Assembly (NCBI RefSeq): GCF_011386835.1
Contig: NC_088802.1
Coordinates: 56,854,001 to 56,918,000 of the forward strand
DNA length: 64,000 nt
Reading direction: 5' to 3'
DNA from: Chrysemys picta bellii
Lineage: Eukaryota
Below, in pieces: positions 1 through 11,985 of the stretch (position 1 is the first letter of the stretch; the number at the start of each line of letters is the position of its first letter). The notes beneath the pieces were generated by a model that worked only from the letters and a program-made list of their open reading frames with translations, was not told the origin of the DNA and did no database searches. The translations under genes and the position numbers were made by a program.

Positions 1-1154
1 GGTCGAGTCCTGCCCTGGCAGGGAGGACTCTGGACTCTCCCTAGCTGCAGCTGGAGAAGGACATCCTGTGGTTACGGCTGCTGGGGGTCCAGAGTGGCAA
101 GGGGTCCCGGTGAGCACCGGGGCTGCAGCCCAATGGCCCGTCACAACCCCCAGCAAAGCCAGGCCACGGCTGCCCAGCGCCCGCCAGAGACGGGCATTTC
201 CCCTTCCTTCCACTCGGAATTTCTGCTTCTGTGAAAGCCTCAGCCCTGGTGTGACGCTCCCTGCTTCCCCCTGGGTTTCTCCTGCCTGGCCTGCCCAGCT
301 GCCGCACCCCACCGAGGCCCCCCGAGGCTGGGCCGGAGCTTGCCCGGGGAGCAGGAGTGCTAGCACTGCTGAGTCACTTTGCTGCACTCGTGTTTCCATA
401 GCGTTGGGGCTGTGTTTGCTGGAAGGGCCCGGCTGGGAATCGTGACTAATCTGTTCTCAAAACAAGCAGAAAAGAGCAGAAAGGTTTGCGCAAAGCCCTG
501 GGGAGGGGGCTGAATCCCGGTCAGGGCCGCGAGGAGGAGGAGGAGGAGGAGGAGCTGAGATCGGCGCCAGCCGAGGGAGTGACGCCAGCTGCCCAGGGCA
601 CCGCACAAGCGTCAGGAGTGGAGCTCTCAGCATGCAGGGGCAGGACTGGGTCCCAAGGCCAAGGGGCAGCTGAGAGCCAGAGGGTTCAGTGCTTCCTCGT
701 ACCCCCATGCCCCGGCCACCCCACTGCTCTCCCCGGCACTGGCACATGGAGCTTCCCCACAGCCCTCTCGCTAGCCCAGACGCCACGAACCCTAGAGCCA
801 AGGTCACTCCTGGATCACACAGGCACAGGGCTCTGCCCCCCGGGAGCACAAGGCCCTGGGTCCTCGGCCAAGCTGCCCTTGGCTCGTCATTGAAACCTGC
901 CCCGAGAACAGCACCTCTAATTTAGGCACCACCACACGCCGGCTCTAGGTACAGCTCCCCAGCCAGCAGCCTCTCTCTTCTGGCCTCCCACAAACACAGC
1001 TCGGGGCAAGCCGGGAGCCAGGGGACTAAGAGGGGGAGGGAAGGGTCCCAGCCAGAACCCCCGTCAGAAAGGAGGGCACAGGGGTCGTGCAGCAGGGACG
1101 AGGTGCGGGGGGTAGTGTGGCAGGGACGGGGCATTGGAGGGTCGTGTGGCAGGG

Positions 1155-2065
1155 ATGGGGCACGGGGGGACAGGGAGCGTAGCAGGGATAGGGGACAGGG
1201 CGCGTGGGGATGGGGTGCGGGGGGACAGGGAGCGCGGCAGGGATACGGGACAGGGTGCAGGGAGATGGGGCACGCAGGGACAAGGCGCGTGGGGATGGGG
1301 TGCGGGGGGACAGGGAGCGCGGCAGGGATAGGGGACAGGGCGCAGGGAGATGGGGCACGCAGGGACAGGGCACGTGGGGATGGGGTGCGGGGGGACAGGG
1401 AGCACGGCAAGGATAGGGGACAGGGCACGTGGGGATAGGGTGCGGGGGGACAGGAAGTGCGGCAGGGATGGGGACAGGGCGCAGGGAGATGGGGCACGCA
1501 GGGACAGAGCGCGTGGGGATGGGGTGTGGGGGGACAGGGAGTGTGGCAGGGATAGGGGACAGGGCGCAGGGAGATGGGGCACGCAGGGACAGGGCGCGTG
1601 GGGATGGGGTGCGGGGGGACGGAGCGTGGCAGGAATAGGGGACAGGGCGCGTGGGGATGGGGCATGCAGGGACAGGGCGCGTGGGGATGGGGTGCGGGGG
1701 GACAGGGAGCACGGCAAGGATAGGGGACAGGGCGCGTGGGGATAGGGTGCGGGGGGACAGGAAGTGCGACAGGGATGGGGACAGGGCGCAGGGAGATGGG
1801 GCACGCAGGGACAGTGCGCATGGGGATGGGGTGCGGGGGGACAGGGAGCGCAGCAGGGATAGGGGACAGGGCGCGTGGGGATGGGGTGCGGGGGGACAGG
1901 GAGCGCGGCAGGGATAGGGGACAGGGCGCGTGGGGATGGGGTGCGGGGGGACAGGGAGCGCGGCAGGGATAGGGGACAGGGCGCGTGGGGATGGGGTGCG
2001 GGGGGACAGGGAGCGCGGCAGGGATAGGGGACAGGGCGCGCGGGGACGGGGCGCGCGGGGACAGA
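1155..2065. repeat. G-rich minisatellite built from three 26-31 bp variant units
   Basis: Units all start GGGACAGGG followed by cgcgtggggatggggtgc, agcgcggcagggatag or cgcagggagatggggcacgca; about 30 units. Confidence 0.95.
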
Positions 2066-4909
2066 GCCAGGTCAGGAGTTGTTCCCCCTGCGTCTCTTTT
2101 ACCATCCATTAAAACGAAACAGCAACGTTGGAGAAGCACTAAGCGGACAGCAGCGTGAGTTTGCTCTGGCTGGAATCAGGCACCCATTGATTGGCTGTTA
2201 TTAAAACCAGAGCTACCACCGCTGTCGGGAACTCGGCAGCCTGGCTTCCCTTGCTCAGTTACTGGAAAGGGCTCCACAGCATGTGCAAATGTTTGGGTGA
2301 GTGGCCCACAGCCCCGCACACGAGCACCTGGCCATGGCATTCAGACAGCTGCGGGGCTTGGCTTCCAAGGCCCAGTGCCCAGGCCACCACCAGATCCCTT
2401 TTTGGAGAAGGAGAGGGAGTGGGCTCATCCCAATCCCCAGGCACTGCCCCTCCTCCCCCGACCCTGGCAGCCTCCCTCTGCCACGTCTGTGCGCTCAGAG
2501 CTGCTCTGGCTCCCAACCCAGCTGCAGATCTTCATGCTGCAGGCGGCACCGGGGATGCACCGGGGCATGAACGGACAGGGCAGGAGCGCCTGCTGCTAGG
2601 CACCCATACAGCCCCAGCCCCACAGCCTGGGGAGAGGCCGGGACCACGTTCCCACTCACTCTCCCCACAGCTGCCCACAGGAGTACCACACGCTGGCTGA
2701 GCCCAGGGCAGGGCACCGCTGCCCTGGCTCCTGTCTATGGCTTGCGTGTGCGTGGCTGAAGCTGTTACTGGAGCCGGTCAAGTCATCGCTTCCAGCTCAG
2801 CAGGGGGCTGAGTCATGGCCTTGCAGGAATTCTGCCCAGGGGCTTTTCTGTCCGAGCGGCGGAATGTCGACATGAGCAGAGGGAAGTCAGGCTCCTCGCT
2901 GCCCTCACCCTGGGCACGTGCGAGCACTGGGAGCATCTGCCTTCAGCCTTACACAACCTGCCAGGAGAGGTTCCTGTTCTCAGGCAGAGCAGCAAACCCA
3001 CAGGAAACGCCCCCAAAGCCCTCTGGCTCCATCACAGGCAGCAGCTGCTGCAGGCCCTGGAGGGGAGCGACCCCCACGAGAGCACCGAGCTTCCCGAGCC
3101 AGGGGCACCGGCGCTTCTCACGTCGCCCCCCTCTAGTTCCCCCCAAGAAATGGGGAGACGCCCCCTGACACCTCCCCCAAGAGACATCCCACAGAGATGT
3201 GCTGGAGACCCCTCCTAGCACACACCCCAGGGGGCTTCACTAGGGCAGCCAGTGGCTTCCAAGAACGCTCCATGTGCTCAGTGCTGTGCAGCGCCGCCGG
3301 AGAGAAAGGGGCTGCACCGTCCAATCTCATCTGCTCTTCGGCCTAAGCTATAGGTGGGGGTGGGAGATACTGGAGCCACCACTCCCTGCCCCACCCCCCC
3401 ACCCCAGGCACAATCAATCACTTCTCTACTGCTTTGCACCTCCACCCGCAGCACAACCGGTAACGTTGGCACAGGGGGCGCCCGGCGCCCACAGCAGGAT
3501 CCCGGGCCAGGGGCTGCGACTTCACCTAACAGCCCAGCAGCCACACAGCCAGCGTCCTTTTGGGTGCAGCTAAGAGGGGCTATGGGGCCTGGTGCCACCG
3601 GGGAATTGCCCCAGGAGACGTCAGCCCAGCGTGGGGGAGGGGAGCCAGCTCTCTGCTCAGCCCTGCAAGCCCACCCTGTGCTCAGGGGAGATCCATCCCC
3701 AGCATTTCAACCCACTGACGCTGCTGCCCGCAGGCTCCCGACTGGATCAGAGGCGCCCCCCCCCCCTTTCCCCTTGCTAAGCTGCCCCTTCACCCCCCAG
3801 CAGAGTCAGGCTCCAGCAGCCCCTGCCATTGAAATCCCTCTGGGGCCACGGGCCACCGGCAGCAGCCTGGCTGCTGAGGCCTGGCATTCAGGATCAGCTC
3901 CCGCAGCGGAGCTCTTAGCCAGCCCAGCCCAGCAAAGTGGCTCTGGCCTGCGGGTGGCAGCCCAGCGCCCCCCAGATGAAGCCAGAGCAACAGGCAGGTT
4001 GGGAGGGGAGAGGGACAGCCCCAGTAACTGCACCTGCAGTGCCATGCTCAGGAGATGCATTTGCTGTGCCATCAGCTCTAAGTGACCATGCACATCCTCT
4101 CACACCTAAGCTGGAGAAGCCGGGCTCTCTCCAAACTCAGCTCCAGGCACCAGGATTCCTGACTGCAGCATTCAGCACAGAAGGGAGAAGAGCAGCAGGT
4201 TGATGTGGGAAAGGAGGCATCTGGCTCTGGACAGAAGGACAATTCCCATGAAGACAAATGGCAAAGGCATCTCCATGCACTGGGGTTCTGCACTCGCCTC
4301 CTTGTCCTTCCCAAGGTACAATTCTGGAGCTAAGACAAAACCAGAGTCCAAAACTCGGGCTGTCAGAGGCAGGACTAGGAACCAGGAGGGGAGTCTGGAG
4401 CCCGGTGACTTTGGGGAAAAGCAGGAGGAGGAAAGCATAGTCCATGCAGAGCAGAGGGGAGAACCGCCATTTCTTTGGGGCGAAGCTGCGCGAGGCGGTT
4501 TCCCTGTAACCAGCACTGACCCGCCCTGCAGCCGCCCACCCTCCAAGTGAGGGATGCTGATGTGAGGGAGAGCCCAGGACTCTCAGAGCTCTGGCAGGTA
4601 CAGCTCAGCTCAGTCTCCTCTCGGTTTCTGTCCACAGCAGAAACCTGCTTCAGAGGGAGAGCAGAGGGGTTTCCTGAAAAGGGGGAAACACATTCAAAGC
4701 AGGAACTGAGAAGTGTCGCCTTGCAAGAGCAGCGGGTTTTCCTCTAAGCCAGCCAGAGCCCCATCCTGCCACATGCCCCTGGGGCGGCCGGGGCAGTGCA
4801 GTGTGGCCCAGACAGCTCCCAGCATGCACTGCTCGGAAGCATGCTGGGCATACTGGGACATTCCGCCTTGGCGCCGCTCGTCTCCCATGTGGGCGCTAGT
4901 TCCTTGGGG

Positions 4910-5069
4910 CAGGGCCGCCCGGGGGGGGGGCAAGTGGGACAATTTGCCCCGGTCCCCATGGGGGCCCCCACGAGACTATAGTATTCTATAGTATTGCAAC
5001 TTTTTTTTTATGGAAGGGGCCCCCGAAATTGCTTTGCCCCGGGCCCCCTGAATCCTCTGGGCGGCCCTG
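4910..5069. mobile_element. hAT-type MITE, about 160 bp
   Basis: Perfect 11-bp TIR CAGGGCCGCCC ... GGGCGGCCCTG; no 8-bp TSD recognisable; internal ctatagtatt duplication. Confidence 0.7.
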
Positions 5070-7285
5070 GGCAGGGACCCTTGTTTTGTGTGTGCAGCCG
5101 CCAGGCCCAGGGGTCCCTGGGAGATCCCCCAGGGGAGTCTCAGGGCTCAGGGAGGGGTCAGTCCCTGCTGCTTTCGTTGCAGAGCCGAGCTGCTCCGCGT
5201 GCCTCAGTCCCAGCCGCAGGAAGGCCGGGCGGGCTGCTGGGCCGGTAACAGCCTCGCCATGCAGACCCCGTGCACTGGCCTTGGCGGTGGCTTCCCTCCC
5301 CCATCCCTAGGGCCTGTGCAGCAGCCAGGCAGCCCTGCTCTGCCAGACGGGGGGCTTGGACCTTGTGAGCTGCCCTTGACCTGTGCAGGGATTACTCTAG
5401 ATAACCATTACATCCCCTGGTGCTTTGCCAACACAGGGCGATGTGGTGCCTAAGGCCAGGGTCCCAGAGCGGGGATGGACACACCGGGCTGCCCCAGTCT
5501 GTATTAGCTACAGGGGGTTGGGGTTTAGAGGGTGGCCCTTGGGGAGAAAGGGACGGAGGGGAGGGACAATGAGATACAGTGGACACGGGCGAGAGGCTGC
5601 GTGGCTGGAGGGATGGAGAGAGACGGGTCCAGCAGCCAGTGGCACTAGAGCACTGCAGCACGAGGTGGGACATGGGAGGGAAGCCTAAAGCCAGGAGCCA
5701 GGACATCTCCACCGAGGAGACTCAGGATTCATGGAGTGGGGGGGCAATCCGAGCCCCGAGGCCCCTGGTTGCTAGCCAGCACTGGGGCCGGCTCACAAGG
5801 AAACGAGCTTCCAGAGGAAACTCAACAGCACAGCACGCAGTCAGAACTGGCCACTGCTCACAAGGCGGCCCAGAGAGACGGAAAGTCCTGGCACGTCTCC
5901 CCAGAAGGGAGCTCCCGCGCCAGCAGTCTGCCATGCAGGCTGTGGCAGTAACTGTACAGTGCAAAGCGCAGCAGCGAGGCCTAGGCCCCTGTGCGCTCGC
6001 CAGTGGACAGCCTGCGCTGTCTCCATCTTCCTCTCGTTCCCCCCAAGAGCTGCTCTGGGGGCACCGAAGGGAGGGAAGCGTCAGCCCCCACTCTGTGCTC
6101 ACCCCAAGCAGGGTGAGGGCGACGGCAGAAGGGACCTACGGCTGTCAGACTGATGCCTGAGGGGTCTCCCCAAGGAGAGCTTAGTCCTTGGGATACTTTC
6201 TGGGGACCGGGGTGCAGGGACAATCCTGCACTGGCGTCCAGCCTGGACTCAAGGCCCCACACGGTGCATAGAAACCCTGCCCCAAGCACAATGACATCAC
6301 CGCCCCCGACGTCCCACCCTCCACGGCCCCAGTTCCAAGAAGGGACAAGAGACGCAATCCCCCCGCCCCCTCCCTGACCCCGCCAACACACAGAAAGGGG
6401 AAGGGAGGCTGTGTCCAAGGAAGAAACGAAAGAGAACATCAGCCTCTGACTGTGCCACGCTCCTGCTCTGACACCCCAGCACAGCCCAAGGGCCCAAGGA
6501 GTGCAGGCACCACCTGACAGGAAGCAGATGTGTGGGAGGCGCAGGGCTCCTCAGTGGCTAAATACAGTCAGCTCAGCTGGCCCCGTTTCCACTAAAGCGA
6601 GGGTGCAGCGAGCAGGGGAGGGGGCGTGGAAACCTGCGCGGGCTGCACTAGTGAGAACCCCGGTCTGACGGGGCCGGCTGCGCTCCAGAGCTGACTGTGG
6701 GACGCGCACTATTGATCATGTTTCTGGTGAATTTGAGGCATTTCTCCTGACTCTTCCACACCCTTCCTGGAAACACTGCGCTGCCTTTCAGTCCTTGCTG
6801 GGGCGGGGGCTGGAAGTTCCACTGGTTCCCCGGCGCTTCAGTGATCACCACCTTGGCCAGGAGGCTCCTCTCGCACCCCCACCAGTTAGCACAACCCCCC
6901 GGCCTGGCACCCTGTGCTGCGGCTGAGAGCCCTTCGGTTCTGGGGGAGGGCTCGGACATTCTGCGAAAAGCAATTCAACCCCCTGAGCTCTCCCTGGCTG
7001 TGGGTGGGCAGGGCCATGCTGGGACCACAAACCCCGACTGTCGGTGACCAGGCTGTGGGCAGTCTGGCCGAGCGGCCAGAGCCAAGGGTCAGACCCGGGG
7101 GCTAGCACAGCTGCAGGCAAACTCTGTGAGCAGCCACTGAGCGGCTGCTGCTGCTGGGCTCAAGAGCCGATCTGCTGCCCCTTGCAGTCAATGGTGGTTG
7201 TGCCGATCGGGCAGCCTGCCCCAGGCCCTCTGCTCCTTACGCTGGCCAGAGACTGGCTCTGCAGCAGGCCCGGATTCCCGACATT

Positions 7286-7740
7286 GGGCTGGGGAGCGCT
7301 GGGAGCTCAGGGATCCAGGCTGGGGAGCGCCGGGAACTCAGGGATCCAGGCTGGGGCGCGCCGGGAGCTCGGGGATCCAGGCTGGGGAGCGCAGGGAGCT
7401 CAGGGATCCAGGCTGGGGAGTGCAGGGAGCTCAGGGATCCAGGCTGGGGCGCACCAGGAGCTCAGGGCTCCGGGCTGGGGCGCGCCGGGAGCTCGGGGAT
7501 CCAGGCTGGGACGCACCGGGAACTCGGGGATCCAGGCTGGGATGCGCAGGGAGCTCGGGGATCCAGGCTGGGGCACGCCGGGAGCTCGGGGATCCGGGCT
7601 GGGGCGCGCCGGGAGCTCGGGGATCCGGGCTGGGATGCGCCGGGAGCTCGGGGATCCAGGCTGGGGCGCGCCGGGAGCTCGGGGATCCAGGCTGGGATGC
7701 GCAGGGAGCTCGGGGATCCGGGCTGGGACGCGCCGGGAAG
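7286..7740. repeat. 31-bp minisatellite, about 14-15 copies
   Basis: Unit about gggatccaggctggggcgcgccgggagctcg; GGGATCC recurs at 7310, 7341, 7372, 7403, 7434 and onward. Confidence 0.95.
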
Positions 7741-8039
7741 TTGGGTGGGGATGCTACAGGGGCAGCTCTGGGCGGGCGCTCGCTGTGCTGAATGTGTAAC
7801 AGAGGTGCTCATCCTCCATGGGTCTCTCCCTCAGACATTCGTGGGAAGGGAATTGGTCCATATGCCAGGTTTTCTACCCTGGCTTTAACATCTCTCTAGG
7901 ATTTCCCCCACCCCAGCATCACTGATCACTGGTCACTCCTGTCTATTCCTGGACAACTGGCCACAAGACAGATGGATACATACACCCTGCCAGGCATCGG
8001 GGCTGTTAGCCACCACTTCCAGCACCCAGAGACAAGCAG

Positions 8040-8160
8040 TATTAGCCCCACTTCATACAGAGTGAAGCACAAGGAGGGTTTAAGAACTGAGAAAAGAACC
8101 CGAGAGTCCTAACTCTTAGTCCCTTGCTCCAGCCCACTACCCCTGCAGCCCCACCCCACT
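8040..8160 (+). mobile_element. Decayed MIR/CORE-SINE-like fragment
   Basis: attagccccacttcatacag...gaacccgagagtcctaactcttagtcc resembles the CORE-SINE core and 3' segment; recognised from memory of the consensus. Confidence 0.4.
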
Positions 8161-8645
8161 GCAGCTGGCTGGTCCCAGGTTGCCCACTGCAGCCTGGTAG
8201 TCCAGGGGTTCGCTCACCCTGTCCCCTGCCACAGGCAGCCCTAGCCTGAACCGAGGGGGACGAGACACCAGACCCGCTCACCTCCATTGCCCAGCCCCTC
8301 GCTCCCTGCTGGGCAGGCAGGCCTGGCACTGGCCCTTTAGTGAGAGGCACCAGAAGGAATCACTCCCTATAACGTGGAGATATTGTGCAAGGAGCTGCCA
8401 GCCGCTCCTGGAAGCGCCAGGGGACTCAGGGAACCAAGGTGAGGAGGGAACCCTGACTGTAGGGGACACCTGGGCCAAGTGGCCTGCGTCCTGGACATCT
8501 CACACCCCAGAAGGCGGCAGCACATTTCGGAGGGTGGCAGCTATGTGCCCCTCTCAGCAGCAGAGCACCAGGCACCCCCACCCAGCCTGCAGTAGCAGGC
8601 AGCAGCTGCCAGCCGGTGCAGCTCCCGGAGGGGATACAAAACGCG

Positions 8646-8664
8646 CGTCTCCACCTAGTGGTCA
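8646..8664 (-). promoter_or_regulatory. Candidate CTCF site
   Basis: Minus strand reads TGACCACTAGGTGGAGACG, close to the CTCF core CCASYAGRKGGCRS. Confidence 0.35.
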
Positions 8665-9373
8665 GACCCACTTAGCAGGAGTGTCGCGAGGCGAAGCTAA
8701 CCCCCTGGCCTGCCCGGCACCCAGCCTCCGTGCCAGAATAACCAGGGGGTTAGGGCAGTGTTACCAGCACAAGCCCTACTACGGATGCCGCTCTGCTGGG
8801 GCAAAGGTGGCTTGTAGCAGTACAATCTATTGCCTTAGGAATACACTACACGGAAGCACTGTTAGCCTGGTAGAACTGCGTCCACACTAGGGGAGGGGGG
8901 CATGTGTTCGTACAAGGCCTTCGACAGAGAAAAGCACATACAAGCAGAGCGGGAGGGGCCACCCCACAGCACTGGCAGGAGACCCAGGCTTCACATCACC
9001 ACAAAACTAGCGTTAAATATACTGCAGGTTCCTTCACACATGTCCACACAGTTGCCTGTGTCACAGCGAGGGGTGGGAGATGCAGCCAGAGCTGAGTTAA
9101 TCCAGGACGAGAAGCCATGTGCACGGTGCAGCATTACTGATCTGGGACTGGCCGGGCAGCAAACGACACCCCGTATCTGAGTGAAGTGGCAGAACGTGGC
9201 TCCCCAAGTGGCACTTGGCTGAGATGCCAGGGTGAGCACTCATCCCTCATGAAAATGCTCCAGGCTCTTCACTGAGCACAGGGCTTCCAGACCCACCCGG
9301 ATTCCAGAGTCCACTGGCGAATTCCACATAGCAAGGGGCCAAACTTGCTTTACCATCAATGCCAGTTCCTGAC

Positions 9374-10015
9374 TGTAACGAAGTGGGACTGTTTTTAATG
9401 TTTCCTCTAAATACTGTGTGGGTGCCTCAGTTTCCCCTATGCATTTCTTAAGTCTCCAGTGTGCATATATGGCCGACAATGTGTCTCCTGGCAAAAAATG
9501 TCTGGGGCCCTTCCCCACTGCAAGGGAATAGCTAAAGGTGAACAAAAAGATCAGGTGACTCCTGGCCCAGGAAAGAGACAAAGGCCAGAGAGGAGGGGCT
9601 GGAGGGGGTTTCAGTTTGAAGCTGGCTGGGGACAGGGAGTGAGTGCAGACGTGGGTGTCTGTCTCACTGGGCCCCAGAATGGACCCTGCTGAGGGGTCCT
9701 GTTCTTTGTACCTACAAGCTCTGTTTTAGACCGTGTTCCTGTCATCTAATAAACCTCTGTTTTACTGGCTGACTGAGAGTCACGGCTGACTGCGAAGTGG
9801 GGGTGCGTGCAGGACCCTCTGGCTTCCCCAGGACCCCGCCTGGGCGGACTCGCTGTGGGAAGTGCACGGAGGGGCATATGCTGAATGCGCCAAGGTCAGA
9901 CCCAGGAGGTGAAGCCGTGTGAGCTTCTTGCCCTGAAGACAGTCTGCTCCAAGGGAGAGGAGGCTCCCCAAAGTCCTGACTGGCTTTGTGGGGAGCAGTC
10001 CCAGACTCTGTGACA
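9374..10015 (+). mobile_element. Solo LTR, family A, 642 bp
   Basis: Begins TGTAACGAAGTGGGACTG, ends TCTGTGACA; flanks CTGAC/ATGAC (5-bp TSD, 1 mismatch); internal AATAAA; homologous to 11513-11985 and 25161-26079. Confidence 0.85.
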
Positions 10016-11512
10016 ATGACCATGGGATCTGCTAGGAGCCCACATGACCCAGCTGTTAGAAGAGTTGGTCTCCCCAGGGGGAGCAGACCTGTGCCCAGCC
10101 CACTGGGGCAGAGGGCTGTTGAGGATGGGCTCCCATGCACACACATGCCCATGTTGCACCATTACCCACGGGCAGCAGCAGCTCTGAGCTGCAACGTTCG
10201 TCCATCTCCCGCTCTCGCTTGCTGTAGGGAGCTGGGGTCAGAGTGCTTCATTTTAACCATTTCCTTCCCTGCCCGTAGCAGACACCAGCAGTAAGTGGTG
10301 GGTTCTAACAGGCCAGTCAAGTCTGAGTGGGAGGTAAAGTGCAGCCGTCCAGAGAGCTGCAGCTGCTGCTCTGCAGGGCTGAGGGGACTCGAAGCTGGGC
10401 TGCAGAATGTCTCATCTGCCCAACCCGGATCCCCTGCATGGACACAGCAAGAGCTTGGATCTCCTTGGGGTCACACGGGGTCTCTCCTCATGTCGTCCAC
10501 GAGTGGACTGGGATGCAAAGCCTGTGGCCGCCTGGCCCTGCCTTACTGCCTACGGGTGAAAGCAGGTTGTCTGCAGCTGGGCTGCAGCGGAAGCTCGTTG
10601 CTTGGTAAGGCCATTTCTGCAAGGGAAAGTGAGCACCTGGCACTAGCGTCTGTGTCAGTGAGCAGCTGCGCTGTGTGGCGAGAGACGGGCGGGGGTGGGA
10701 TAGGAGGACTTGGCTGCTCTGGTTCCCCGAACCAACCAAACCACACTCAGGTGAAGAGAACAAACACACCCAGCCTGGATCCTTCCCCCCAGCACCCAGC
10801 CGGCCCGTGCACCACTCAGCTGTGCACTGGGGCTCTGCTAGCCTATCAGCACATCACCCTAGGAAACCAGAGATAACAGGTCCCCACTTCCTGGCTCCTC
10901 CTTTCCTGGACAAACAGTTCACACACACACAAAACAGAGCAAAGCTCTGAGTTCAAAGGCTTCCGAGAAGGCTCCCTCTCAATGCAAATCTCTTCCAGCA
11001 AGCCCCAGGGGCGGCTCAGGTCAGACCGAGGGCCAGGGAGCTTGAGAATACAACTGGAGACACCAGCAAGATCCCACTGCCAGTGTGGTTCTCGCCCGGG
11101 CCCCGTCCCACTGGGAGGATCCAATGCAGGGCAGCCCAGAAGGCTCCCTGAGGAAAGGGTCAGGGACTGGCCTGGCTCCTCTGGCCAGGGGGAGGGAGCG
11201 AAGTAGAGTCCTGGAGCCTGGTCTGAGACTAGCCCAGACAGGCTGGGGAGACAGGGCCTGGCTCGGGGGAAGCAGCAGGGCCTGGTCGCTGTCTGGGCAG
11301 CCCTGCTAGAGCCCGCTCCCCATCCCTTGCTCCGGCTGTGCTGGGAGGGACAGGGATAGTGAGGGATTGGGGGGGGTCTGCCCTGGTGGAAGGGGGGATG
11401 GGCAGGGCGATGGGCTGAGCAGTAAGTGTATGGCACCCCCCACCCCCAAGCTCCTCTCTCCAGCACCTCAGGCTCCGGGCAGGGCTGGCGGGAGGGAGAT
11501 GGCCCAGGAAGA

Positions 11513-11985
11513 TGTGACGAACTGGGACTGTTCTCACTGTGGTCTGTGAATGCTGACAGGGGAGTGTGACTAGGATGGTCTGCATCGGGGGATGGGAGCC
11601 GGCCCAAGGGAACATACCTGAGCTTGTAACATGAGAACCCAGGAGGGGGTTGGAGGTCAGATGACTCCGGGGCCCGGGAAACTGAACAAAGGCTGTGGGA
11701 GGGGTCGCTGAAGGGAGAGTGCTGGAAGCAGGCTGGAAGGAGGCTGGAGAGATGGCTGGGAGGCAGAGATGGCTCTGACCCCCCAAGGGGGGTGGGCTGG
11801 CATGCCCTGGGACCCCAAGCTGGACCTAACTGAGGGGGGCCCTGTTGTCTGTGCCTGCAAGACCTGTCTTGGACTGTGTTCCTGTCATCCAAATAAACCT
11901 TCTGCTTTACTGGCTGGCTGAGAGTCATGGTGAATCGCAGGAAGCCGGGGGTGCAGGGCCCTGAGTTCCCCAATACTCCGTGACA
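11513..11985 (+). mobile_element. Solo LTR, family A, 473 bp
   Basis: Begins TGTGACGAACTGGGACTG, ends CCGTGACA; flanks GAAGA/GAAGG; shares gtgttcctgtcatc-aataaacc...tactggctg-ctgagagtca with the 9374 copy. Confidence 0.85.

Noticed and set aside
486-893. ORF with a poly-Glu run
   Set aside because: A (GAG)n microsatellite inside an otherwise unrecognisable GC-rich ORF.
922-2139. 405-aa and overlapping Pro/Gly/Arg-rich ORFs
   Set aside because: Products of a stop-free G-rich minisatellite, open in several frames on both strands, with no domain.
10846-11973. 375-aa minus-strand ORF
   Set aside because: Crosses a solo-LTR boundary, has no domain or splice support, and is expected by chance at this GC content.
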